From: Blasia pusilla
Lineage: Eukaryota
Direction: 5' to 3'
Length of the DNA stretch: 64,000 bases
Assembly (NCBI GenBank): GCA_050084515.1
Contig: CM114271.1
Span: 20,770,001 to 20,834,000 of the forward strand
Made by a program: the position numbers and the translations under genes. Below the pieces are notes generated by a model, which was not told the origin of the DNA, did no database searches, and worked only from the letters and a program-made list of their open reading frames with translations. Positions 23,601 through 34,518 of the stretch are shown in pieces (positions within the stretch are counted from its first letter, which is position 1; each line of letters starts with the position of its first letter).

Positions 23601-23859
23601 AATCAAATCTCCATGTGGCAAGACCCAAGGAGATTGATACACCAAGGGTGATTGGGAGAGACACCCTTGGACTTCTTGGGATGTTTTGTAGATAAGCCAG
23701 GAGATGGTAGCCACAGCATCAAGCGTGGTTGCGGGTACTGCACATGGAGATTTGATTTTGCAGTTGGTTGCAGAAGAGCAGTCGAGTTTCGTTGTTCGAG
23801 ACGGGGTTGCACCATAGCAACCACCTACACCCGCGTTGGAGAGTCCTACCATAGTCACG

Positions 23860-26780
23860 ATGGAGACATGGGAGCTTGATATGGGTCCTAAGATGACAAG
23901 AGGAGAGCGACGCTGGATACATCGTTTCCTTAGGAGTCATAGGAGTTGTTTTGCATTTAACATGTAGGATTTGGGTAACCTGATGGGTCCAGGGATCCGC
24001 ATTGAGTTTTCAGTGACACCTCGATCTTCCGACGACCCTACAGGTATAGTGACATGGAGAGGGCTCTGATTCAGAGTAGGAGCCTGGACTTGGTTGGAGC
24101 AAAACTAGTGGAGATGTCACATGGAGAGTATGCATTTGCCACTGTCATGCCCGCCAAGAAGGATGTGCATGGCAACAGGACAGATAGGTGGATGTGTGGA
24201 GATTACCGATCTATCAATCAGTGGACAAAGTCCGATAGATATGCCATATCCACTCTTGAGGAGATCTTTGATGCTATTGGGCCTGCAAAGGTCTTTAGTT
24301 CATTAGATCTTCGAGCCGGATACCATCAGCTGCCTATCAGATTGGAGGACAGGCAAAAGACGGCATTTTGGGGCATCAATCCTCACGAGAAGGATTGCTT
24401 GTACCACTGGCGGTTCTTACCATTTGGGTTAAAGAACGTCTTGGATGAGTTTCAAAGGGTCATGGATAGGATCTTGGCAGGTCTAGATGCTGCTAGGTGT
24501 TATGTTGATGACATCCTTGTCTTTAGCGTCACCGTTGATGAGAAGGAGCGACATCTAGAGGAGGTCTTTCGAAGATTATAGTTACATGGGCTGAAGCTAC
24601 ATCCAAGCAAGTGCAATTTTCTCTACGACCAGATTGAGTACTTGGGTCATACGATATACCCAGCTCGTGTTGATGTGCAGCAGATGAAGGTAGAGGTTAT
24701 TTTACCCATTCTACGCCCTACAGATATGAGTCGAGTTCGTGCATTCATGGGATTGGCAAACATCTATCGACAATAAGTCAAGGGTTTTAGCTCGATTGTG
24801 AAGCGGCTGACCTTGCTGACCAAGGTGGATCAGGAGGGGCAATGGGAGGATGAGCAGGAGAGAACATTTCACATGCTCAAGGATAGATTGACGTCCGCGC
24901 CCATATTGAGGATACGATGAGGGGGCGTCCTTTCTAGTTGCATACGGATTGGAGCATGTTCGGGCTTGGAGCCGTGCTCACCCAGCATGACGATGATGGT
25001 AGAGAGTTTTTGGTGGCTTACTCTAGTTGCTCAAACAACGTTGCAGAGGCGAAGTATAGCTCGTATGAGGGTGAGTGCTTGGCTACAGTGTGGGCTATCA
25101 TACATTTCAGATGTTATCAATCCGGAAATCCCTTTACCATCATTACTGATCATCAGCCGCTCAAGTGGTTGATGGAGTCTGATAAGCTTACATGGAAGCT
25201 TGCGAGGTGGGCTCTTTTGTTGCAGGAGAATGATTTCCATGTGGTGCAAAGACCCGGGATGCTCAACCAAGATGCAGATGGTTTGAGCCATAACCCATGC
25301 ATGAGTGAGCGAGATGCGAATGGAGCTTGTTGGCATGGTGAGAGTGATGAGGAGTTGGTGCCAAGATGGCATGCGTCAGCCTATTTGAGCTTGTTGGCTA
25401 TGGAGAGCCAGATTGCTGAGACTTCGATGTCAAGCTCTAATGTAGAGTCCTTAGATCCAAAGGCCGATGAGGAGACGACAAGTGACCGAGACATTCACGA
25501 TGATGGATTGGTCTTGAAGAACCTCCATACTAGAAGTATCGCGAGCACAGTGGGTGCTAGAGAGTGGGATCGGATCTTACAACAAGCCAAACAGTTTCGG
25601 TGAGAAGGCATACATGTGTTGCGAGTGTGGGAGGATGGTAGAGTGCATGTAGTGCCTCATCCTTTGCAGGGAGCACGTTTGGTGTGTCATGCCCACGAGG
25701 AGTTGGGTCATTTTGGAGTGAAGCGGACGTACATCTTGCTCCAGATTCAGTATTGGTGGCGAGGCATGCAGACTGACGTTTAGCGGTTTGTTGCCTGATG
25801 CATGGTGTGTGATCGAGTCCGAGCATCGTTTAATGCTCCGACTCCAAAGCTGCATCCACTTCCGATCATGGGTTTAGGTTATAGATGGATTTTGGATTTT
25901 TCAACACCTTTGCCTTTGACGGAGCGCCATTATCGCTATGAGTTGGTGATGGTCGAGCAATTCTCGAAGTAGATAGAGTTTGTTGCATTTCCTGACAAAG
26001 CGAGTGAGAGAGTAGCGTATGCCTTCCTAGATTGGGTGCTAAGTCATTATGGCACACTAGCTAAGGTGTTGACAGACCAGGGTATAGAGTTCCGTGGGGA
26101 GTTTCAAGCCTTGTGTAATCAGGCATTGATCGACCATCGCACTACTTCACGAGATCATCCTGAGGCGGATGGACTAGCGGAGCGGGTTGTGTAGATGGTG
26201 AAGAGAGGACTACGCAAGTATGGGTTGTAGAGAGGTCACCTAGGAGATTGGGACCTCCAATTGCCGTGGTTGGCGATGGGATACAGATTTAGCATATAGG
26301 CATCCTTAGCGTCTTTCTCATCGTACTTGCTTTTGTATGGTCGAAAACCAAATTTACTTGTGGCCATTCGTCAAGATGTTGGTGAGGAGTTGAATCTTGA
26401 TGACCTTCATGTATGGATACAAGCATGTTCTCAGAGGGCTGAATTATTTCAGAGATTGATGCCCATGGCGTTTGAGAACTTGGCGATTGCAAGCATGGGA
26501 ATACATTGAGGTATGCAACTATACGGGGAGGTGGTTATCTACCTACTATCTAGAGGTTTCATCAAGGAGACTATGTCTACTTGCAGCAGACGGCAGCCAC
26601 ATTGTTGGATGTGATTGCATGGTGCACCATCTTGAGAGTGCGTGAGGTTTTGCCATCACGTGTTCTCTTATTGGAGGGACGCAATGGTATGGTTTGGAAG
26701 GACCCTATGCGTAACTGTGCGCCATGTCACCTTCCGAACATTGACAGTATAGTTGATGCGAGCTTAGCAATAGTTCATGC
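23860..26780 (+). pseudogene. Gypsy pol: RT, RNase H, integrase (disrupted)
   Basis: RT: MCGDYRSIN, LDLRAGYHQL, KTAFWG, LPFGLKN, YVDD. RNase H: HTDWS..GLGAVLTQ, ECLA, TDHQPL. INT: H..H..C..C near 25690-25810, LTDQGIEF, DGLAER. Confidence 0.95.
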
Positions 26781-26790
26781 AAGCTTGCAA

Positions 26791-26931
26791 TGTATGTTGT
26801 GTGGTTCTGCCCGCGGTGCAGCCACTATCCTAGTCTGTGATGGATGTTCGAGAGGATAGCATATGGCATGTTTGATGCCACCTCTCACTAGGGTTTCTCA
26901 GGGATGATGGATGCATCTTAGATGTACATAG
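26791..26931 (+). pseudogene. PHD finger at the C-terminus of the integrase
   Basis: CMLC-x11-CDGC-SRG*HMAC-LMPPL...WMHLRC, i.e. C4HC3 spacing with premature stops. Confidence 0.85.
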
Positions 26932-27098
26932 CGTAGGTAGTTCTACATTCCAATTTGTGTCTATGACATGGATGACAAGAAGGCGACTAACGATGGGGCC
27001 ACATGAGCACCTGCCCTTCTTGCTCTAAGCGTTTGAGAGATGTATGTCATGGTAGGTAGGGAAAGATGGCTATCTACAGTTAGAGGGACCTAACCACC

Positions 27099-27111
27099 AA
27101 GTAGGAGGGCG
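27099..27111 (+). promoter_or_regulatory. Putative polypurine tract
   Basis: AAGTAGGAGGGCG directly abutting repeat B1. Confidence 0.6.
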
Positions 27112-27872
27112 ATTGGAGATATTTTGGTACTTTTTGTGTAGTTGTTTGGATGTCATGAGTAATCATGGGATCGTGTGTGTTTGTGTGTTTGTGTTCAGTG
27201 ATAGCGATGTGTATGCGCACGACAACTGTCATGTCTTTTAGGATAGATCGATGAAATCTAGAAGAGCGCCTTTGCCAGTAGTGGAGGACAGACTCAAGAC
27301 GTTGAGGATGACCTACTAAGGCCCTGGAAAAACTTGAGAGAGCAGGTTTTCCCCTTCGTTTCGGCTCATTTGGAGTCATATTGAGGAACTCACTATTTTA
27401 GGTAAGTACCAGTTTGAGTATATGGTCGACTTTCTATTTTTGGTAAATTGCCCTTGATCCCCTATATCAGGTCAAGAGCCAAGGAGGTGACTTGGGAGCA
27501 TAGGTTATCATGGAGAGAGCTTGGGAGAGGGGAGAGGTATACCTCAAGGAGAAAGAGCTTGAGAGCTCATTCTGCCTTTGTTGAACCTCTTGGCATGAGG
27601 CGGCGGAGCTATGGTCTTGCTTGCCTTGTGTGTGTAATCCAAGCCTCTCATTAGGAGAGTTGATTTGGTTTGACATTGAGAGAGAAATGTGAGAGAGCAC
27701 ACATTTGAGAGTTATGGTGTTGGGAGAGATTGAATCTTGATTTAATTGGAGATATTTTGGTACTTCTTGTCTTGTTGTTTGGATGCCTTGAGTTAGCATG
27801 GGATCGTGCGTATTTTTGTATGTGTTCAGTGACAGCGATGTATGTTGTGTACCGATGTGTATGCATAGGACA
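27112..27872 (+). repeat. 3' repeat block B1 (27112-27224) - AC - A2 (27227-27744) - B2 (27745-27872)
   Basis: B1 and B2 both begin ATTGGAGATATTTTGGTAC and end ...GACA; junction CACGACA-AC-TGTCATG. Confidence 0.9.
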
Positions 27873-28546
27873 GCCGACACGAACTTTATCCATATGCAAC
27901 ATTGCTACAAAGAAACCCAAGAGGGAGACCCATTGGGTGTGTTTGTCCCATGGACGGTAAAATTTGTATTGGTTGCAACCTTGATATGTTCCCATGCAAC
28001 TTGGTTAAATCCCTCTTTATTTTAAATTTAAATGCTTTCCATCGTTATGCCTCCATCTCAATTAAAAAAAAAAATTTGGACATACCCTAAAATAGTCCCT
28101 TCCTCCCTCTTCATCTCTATTACTTAGGGAGAATAGCTTCTTGAATTGCAAACACCTCTTAAATTAATTGACGCATGGCAATAAGGTAGCAAGAAAATGT
28201 TTTGGTAAAACGGAAAAAATATGAGTTTTAATCATTATTGGTCTCATGTATAGCACTAGATACACACTAGTTACTAATAACTAATAATGCATAAAATTTT
28301 ATTTCTTATTTTAAATGCGCTCTTCATAATTAATGGAATCGTGGAAAAATAAACTAGTTTTAGTGAGATATTGCTTCTTGAAAGGAAGGGATTTCTTTTG
28401 GAGGAAATTGCACCTTAGGTATATTTATTTAGTTCATCCTTCTAAAAAAAAGTAAGAAGATACAAATTTATTTCAATTTAAAAATATTGAACCCATGGAG
28501 AGAAAGAAATTTTCTCTTCTTTGCAGGAATAAACATGTTGTCTTCA

Positions 28547-28643
28547 CAACATAATCCCTTCCTCATGGCATTAGAAAGGGATTATGTTGGAATTTTCTAA
28601 CGTAATCCCTTTTATGTTAGAAAAGGGATTATGTTAGAAAATT
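28547..28643. repeat. Two adjacent hairpins built from one motif
   Basis: CAACATAATCCCTT / AAGGGATTATGTTG (14 bp), then a 23-bp stem 28591-28613 / 28621-28643 with one mismatch. Confidence 0.85.
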
Positions 28644-29141
28644 GGAAGTATGGCATTTTCTAAGTTACTCATCCCCCTCTAGACATGTGTCCCAACTCAA
28701 AAAAAATTCTTTTAAATTTCATATCTCCCATGATAGCTTCTTTTCTTTGGAAATAATTAAAAGTAAAAGTACATTTGGATATTTGTAAAGTAACGTCAAC
28801 ATTTTGAATGGGATTCTGTACAATAATGTACATGGATTTTGTGCGTCGAATTTGGGATCAGTGTAAGTTTTTGCTTAATAGCAGATTTCATATATTTATG
28901 CACGGTTTGGTACTTCTTATGCGGCTTTTGCTTCATTAAATGTATTCACTAATTAAGCGTGTTAAGATTACTAGTTAGGAGTCTCTCTTGTTCTTAAATA
29001 TGCAACTCATATCAAAGATCACGCATACAAAAGTTGGAACCAAAATTTCATGAAGTCCTTTGTTTGTGTCATATTTAATCATCATGAACATTACTTTCAT
29101 ATTGTTGCAAATAACACTTTTAAAACTTCATTTTTTATTAT

Positions 29142-31310
29142 TTAACCACATAGGTCAACGTGTATCGTCTCTAGAGGAGCCTTTGCTCTATTGCTGGACT
29201 CTTGTGGAGTTGGTCGTTGGTGTTGCTTGCCCATCATACAAGCTTCACATGCATCCAACACTCCAAAAATTGTTGGTAAATCAGAAACCATGCCAGATTT
29301 CTGCATCTGACTCAGTAAGGGAAAGCTTAGGTGACCAAATCTTTCGTGCCACAACTTACTACTACCAAGATCTGTATCTACACTTGTCGCGAAATCATAC
29401 AACTCGTACATATTTCCACGCCGTATATTTCATCCACTACTTTCCCATTGGCATCCTCAATGACTGCTCCAAATTTCTTAAAACAAACTTGTAAGTCGCG
29501 ATCACATAATACTGCTACTGAAAGTAAATTGCGCTTCAACTCTAGTACACACAGTACGTCAATTAACTTCTTTTCATCTCCTTTTTTTGAGACTAAAGAA
29601 ATTGTGCCTTTCCCTTCTACATAGCACTTTGCATTATTCCCAACTGTAACAACAATGGGCTCTTGCAGAGGCTATAAGGAGCTATACCAATCCTTATGAT
29701 TGGTCATATGCCTATAAGCTCCACTATCGAGCACCCATGCATCTTCACTCTTTGACTTAGTGGAATATTCTACCTGTGTGCAAAACTCTTCAATTGCTAC
29801 GCAAACATCCATCTCCTAGCAAGCATTCTAGTTCTACAGAATTTCTATACCCTCTTTTAGGTCTTAAAAAACCGTTCTTCTCATCCTAACTCCTCTTTCT
29901 ACAATCTTTGATAAGATGACGTAGCTTACCATAATCTAAGAATTTGAAAGCTTTCATTGGAAAAAAAATTTCTTGATATTTGAATTTTAATCATGATTTC
30001 TACCTCCCTGTACGTTGGTAGTAAATGCTGCATCACTTCCCTCTCTTGCTTTGAAGTGTATTTCCTCTTCTACCAACATTGCACTAAATTGTTCAAAAGT
30101 AAGCGACGTGGGTCTTACTTGAGTTTTCACGTCTTTTAGGATAGATCGGTGAGATCTAATAGAGCGCCTTCATGAGTAGTGGAGGACACGCTCAGTAGGT
30201 CGCGGATGACTTGCTGAGGCCCCAGGAAACCTGAGAGAGTAGGTTTCCCCTTCGTTTCGGCTCATTTGGAGCCATATTGAGGAACTTACTATTTTAGGTA
30301 AGTACCATTTTAGTATATGATCGAATCTCTATTTTTGGTAAGTGGCCCTTGACCTCCTACATCAGGTCAAGAGCCAAGGAGGTGACTTGGGAGAATAGAT
30401 TACCATGGAGAGAGTTTGGGAGAGGGGAGGGGTATACCTGAAAGAGAGAGAGCTTGAGAGCTCATTCTCTCTTTGTTGAACCTCTTGGCATGAGGCGGCG
30501 GAGCTATGGTACCTCGCCTTGTGAGTGTAACCCAAGCCTCTCATTAGGAGAGTGGGTTTGGTTTGACATGAGAGAGAGTGCACACCTTTGAGAGCTATGT
30601 TGTGAGATGGTGGAGAGAGAGATTGGATCTTACATTAATTGGAGATATTTTGGTATTTCTTGTCTCGTTGTTTGGATGCCATGAGTTAACATGGGATCAT
30701 GCGTGTTTGTGGGTGTGTTCGGTGACAGCGATGTATGTTGTGTAGCGATGTGTATGCGCACGACAGAATATTCAATGCAGTGACCAAACTGTCATACCTC
30801 GGAGGCAAAATCCTTATGCACCGACGTGCCAAATCTTCGCTAGACTTTGAAATTCCTACGGACGCCATCTGATCTTGAAGAGTCTTGATCCTCATCAAAA
30901 ATTTCTCCACGCTTTCTCGTTCTGAAAATTTCTCAAACATAATCTAATTCTCTAGATTCTGAATCTGAGTCTCATTCCTGGTTGCATACTGATTCTTTAG
31001 AATGTTCCACACCTTAACAACAATGGTCGTAGTCATGACAGAATAGTTAGTTACATTTGTGAAAATTGCATATAGAGCATTAGTGTTTCCATGCCAGCAA
31101 TACTTCACGATTGATATCACCAGAGAAAGATGAACATGCAGAACTCAAAGTAGCTTTTGGATTCAAATCGACCCTTGTGGTCGTCTCCCATATCTTCAAT
31201 TATTCGAGGATAGTTCTCATTTTGAACTTCCACAATGTATAGTTAGACCCATCTAACTTTCCTTCATCCAGCGGAGGAGGGCGAACATAATCTGACGAAG
31301 AAGTAGCCAT
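29142..31310 (-). mobile_element. Truncated Ty1/Copia gag-protease-integrase start
   Basis: ATG 31310 MATSS..KLDGSNYTLWKFKM (gag), LPPRYDSLVTAL, WVLDSGA..HMT (protease, ~29720), LWHERFGH..CEAC..GKQH..IHVDLCG (GAG-pre-integrase / INT start). Confidence 0.92.
30125..30765 (+). mobile_element. Solo A-B unit of the split-repeat Gypsy family inserted in the Copia gag
   Basis: A 30125-30637 directly fused to B 30638-30765; ends CACGACA; 4-bp TSD GAGT/GAAT; removal restores Copia frame ALNTQVRP. Confidence 0.9.
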
Positions 31311-31576
31311 CTCTTAAGAATTTGTGCAAACACACTAGATCGCCAGATATATAATACTAGAAAATAGATATGAAGAAATCACTAAAGTCTATTATAAATC
31401 TTGGAGATACCAAGTGGCCTAGTCCGTCGGTGCGCTCATAGAAGAGCTTCGATAGAACCTGAATATGGAGAAAACTCGACATACGAGAGTGCGCTACCGT
31501 TCCGGCTCTCGACTATTTCACTACTCGGGAAACTAGGGTTTTTTACCTATTTTTGTTTTTTTTTATTTATAAACAT

Positions 31577-31617
31577 CCTATATTGCATCAGGGTCTCGCA
31601 CCCTGATGCAATATAGG
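31577..31617. repeat. Perfect 18-bp hairpin
   Basis: CCTATATTGCATCAGGGT-ctcgc-ACCCTGATGCAATATAGG. Confidence 0.9.
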
Positions 31618-32729
31618 GTTAGATAATCCTAGTAACGCTATTTCCATAAACCACCTACGTCATATTACTATGAATCCTTCAACGTCTAAGTCAAAACTAT
31701 CAATCTAGGCTTCTCCTCATACAAGGGGGTTCATCATATTAATGGTGTTGAGAGAAGTGGATGTTAAGAATCCAACACGATGAAATACTAATATATATAA
31801 ATATATACATAAAAGATTAGATGTTGTATGATTTAAGCTTTCAAACGGTATGGATGCTTCCACGACAATAGAGGTGATTGACAAGAAAATCCTATATCTT
31901 GATGCACGGTAACTTTCAAAATTATTTCACTCCCTCTTAATATTTGAATCAATATTTTAGACCTTATACTACAAATTTAACTTTAATCTTCATTCTTTTC
32001 TCTTGCGTAGATATATCTCTTCTTCAGAGGCACGGTGAGAACTTTTTAAGTTTTATTTATATGTTGAACATCCAAGTATTGTAAGATTGGTTGTTCGTCT
32101 ACCCCAAAAATAAATGGGGTACATCAATGATGATGTTTCTCCCAATGATATTATACAAAGAAATAACAACACCATCCTAGCTACATGCCATTGGTTCACA
32201 ACTAATCGTCTTGATCCATCTATATACTTGAGGACGTCTATATCTTGAGTTTCTATCATATTGTTATTAAATTAATAAAAAAAAATTGCTTCGTAGGATG
32301 AGAAGAAGAAATAGTTATGGTCATCCTATTGGTCGCTTATACTTTATTCATCCAAGTACATTTTAAACTATATTATCCTTACATTGCCAACTTTGTTATC
32401 TTGACAAGAATCTTAATTTAGAAATATTCAAGTGGATAGAGATTTTACATTATTATGAAAAAAGATAATATACTATAGTTCTTAATATATAATAGAAAAT
32501 ATCATTGATTTCGATTACTTCTCCATCATGTTCAATGTGAAACTTCATATGAACACTTGAGTGTTCCCTATGTGTCTAGAATTCTATGTGCTATCATGAA
32601 GATACCTAAAAGGGTGAAAGGAAAAAGGAAAGTTCAAAATTTGAAAGGTCCCATTTAGAGGCTTATGATAGTGCTTACACAACCGCTCATTCTTGTGAGT
32701 TGAAGTCAATTTTTATACAAGACATGGGC

Positions 32730-33050
32730 ACGTGGAAGCGCTTCTCGATTTTCTAGTAGAATTTAAGTATGGGGACCATGTCCACCGTATTGGGGCTCTT
32801 GGGAGCACCATAGAGTTTATTTTTCTCTTGTGTGAAAGATTCATCAATTTCTATGGAAGAAACCATTGCGAGAGCGTTGCCAAATTGCTTGTATACGTAA
32901 GAGTCTCCATTGCAAGTTGTATGATAGTCACCGCCTATTTTAGATGAATTTTGGATGAAAGAGCTTATTTCATGATATTGTGGATTAAGAAGTTATGCAT
33001 GTTGTTAAAACAAGGTGAAAATTTTTGATGCATGAGTGCAAAGCTATGTC
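32730..33050 (+). mobile_element. Old relic related to the leader region of the split-repeat Gypsy
   Basis: Colinear weak similarity to 20340-20650 (gtggaagcg, tatgggg, agcaccat, tgccaaatt). Confidence 0.45.
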
Positions 33051-33270
33051 CATTTGTATGTGACAGGCATATCCACTGTGTCAGTATTAAGTAATTTTGG
33101 ATTGTAGGCATAACTCTTTAAGAGGAAGGTAGAAAAGTAAAAAATGTGTGGTTACTCTAGAAAAACTTGTTGTTTGGAGGCAAGTAAGTGAATTCTTTCT
33201 TTGGTGGATGTTGACCCAAGATTTGTGGGGCTTATAAGGATAAGATGAAAAATTGGATTAAATTTTGGAG

Positions 33271-34296
33271 TGTCACAATCCTCATACCCCAACGTACGAC
33301 GATGCAGAATATCAGAACTCTAATGGAATCACACTAAGGTAGAAGTGTGTCAAAGTCTGTGGAATAAGACATGAGTTGTAAGCAAGACGCGAGCCTTGTT
33401 GGGAGTGTCAAGTGACGATGGTCATGATCTAGTAGAACAAGATCAAATGCCAAGCCGGACTTGAGAGGAGCTCAAGTCCCACAAGAGTTGGGCGCCAAGG
33501 GGATTGCAACCTAACTTGGAACTTAACTAAGCACTTGGGGGTTCTCCGCATTTGAGGTCATAACGGCTAGATCCAAGATGCATTTGAGATGAATAAGGTG
33601 GCATTGGAAAGATTAGGAGAAGACAATTCCAACACACTAAAGATTCAGATAAATCCAAGAGCAAAGATTTAGAAATCATCCCTGAACTATCAAATTTACA
33701 TTTGGATTGAAGGCCCTATAGAGCGGCCTAAGAGGATTCTCCCAAAGGTGGGGGGGGTGCATATCTCTAAAAGTATATATACGAGGGAGGATTTCCAAGG
33801 AAGTTTGGGACCCAAACCCCAACTTGGGGAATCGCGGGGGTGGACCAAGGGCACAAGATGGATCGATACGTTGGCTTCAGATATGGACACCAAGCCAAGT
33901 CCAAAGGGATTAATTATAGATATCAACCTTGGATCTTGAACTAGACCTTGAAAAATGACTCATATACTAGGCAGAGCTAGAGAACTGTTTGAGGACCATT
34001 GGGCACTTGGGACCGCCATGCATGCTAACGTGATTTTAGGTTCCTAGACTATCAAGGAAGTATGTCCCAAGTCTTGAAACAAGGGGTTAGGTTGATATCC
34101 AACCTTGCTTGCATCTGTTGAGCTGAAAGGATAGTCTGAGTCTAGGACTTGGGAGATGTAAGACTAGTTGACCCAAAAAATGGCTAACATGCATATGCGT
34201 GGGTTTGGGTGCATATTAGTACAGAGAGCATGACCTACTAAATGTACACTTCCGTAATACATGAGACCAATTTTCAAAAGGAGTAGGCGCACCACA
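33271..34296 (+). mobile_element. Old solo LTR of the chromovirus family
   Basis: Starts TGTCACAATCCTCATA (cf. TGTCGCGACCCTCATA at 44039), ends GAGTAGGCGCACCACA (cf. GAGTAGGCGCACGACA at 45043); similar ~1 kb length; TSD only partly matching. Confidence 0.75.
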
Positions 34297-34518
34297 AGGT
34301 GGGGGTAAAAATTGGAATTGACTTGCATTTACAAGGGGTCAAATTACTAAAAAAATCTTTATCAAGGGAAAAAAAAACTAGAGGCACGAGTGTTGACAAA
34401 TTATTGGCCACATTACTATGGCTATCTGTTGTTCATATGTCATACCAAACATGGGTGTTGAGTTATTTATTTCTAGACAATGTTGTTGCCATTGTTTAGA
34501 GTAGTACAACTTTTACGT

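Larger units (their letters stand above)
19662..27872 (+). mobile_element. Decayed Ty3/Gypsy retrotransposon with split direct repeats, DNA methyltransferase remnant and integrase-PHD
   Basis: Termini TGTCAC...GGACA; 4-bp TSD GTCG (19658-19661) / GCCG (27873-27876) inside a MITE that resumes in register; RT-RNaseH-INT domain order; repeats A1, B1, A2, B2. Confidence 0.85.

Noticed and set aside
19662-27872. Classification as a DIRS/Ngaro tyrosine-recombinase element because of split repeats and a methyltransferase
   Set aside because: It has a DDE integrase with HHCC motif, TG..CA ends and a 4-bp TSD. The methyltransferase has the C5 PCQ motif, and no tyrosine recombinase motif was seen.
31700-32500. 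Possible MULE transposase remnant (SWIM-like FSCQ..KH on minus strand)
   Set aside because: Too degenerate to support.
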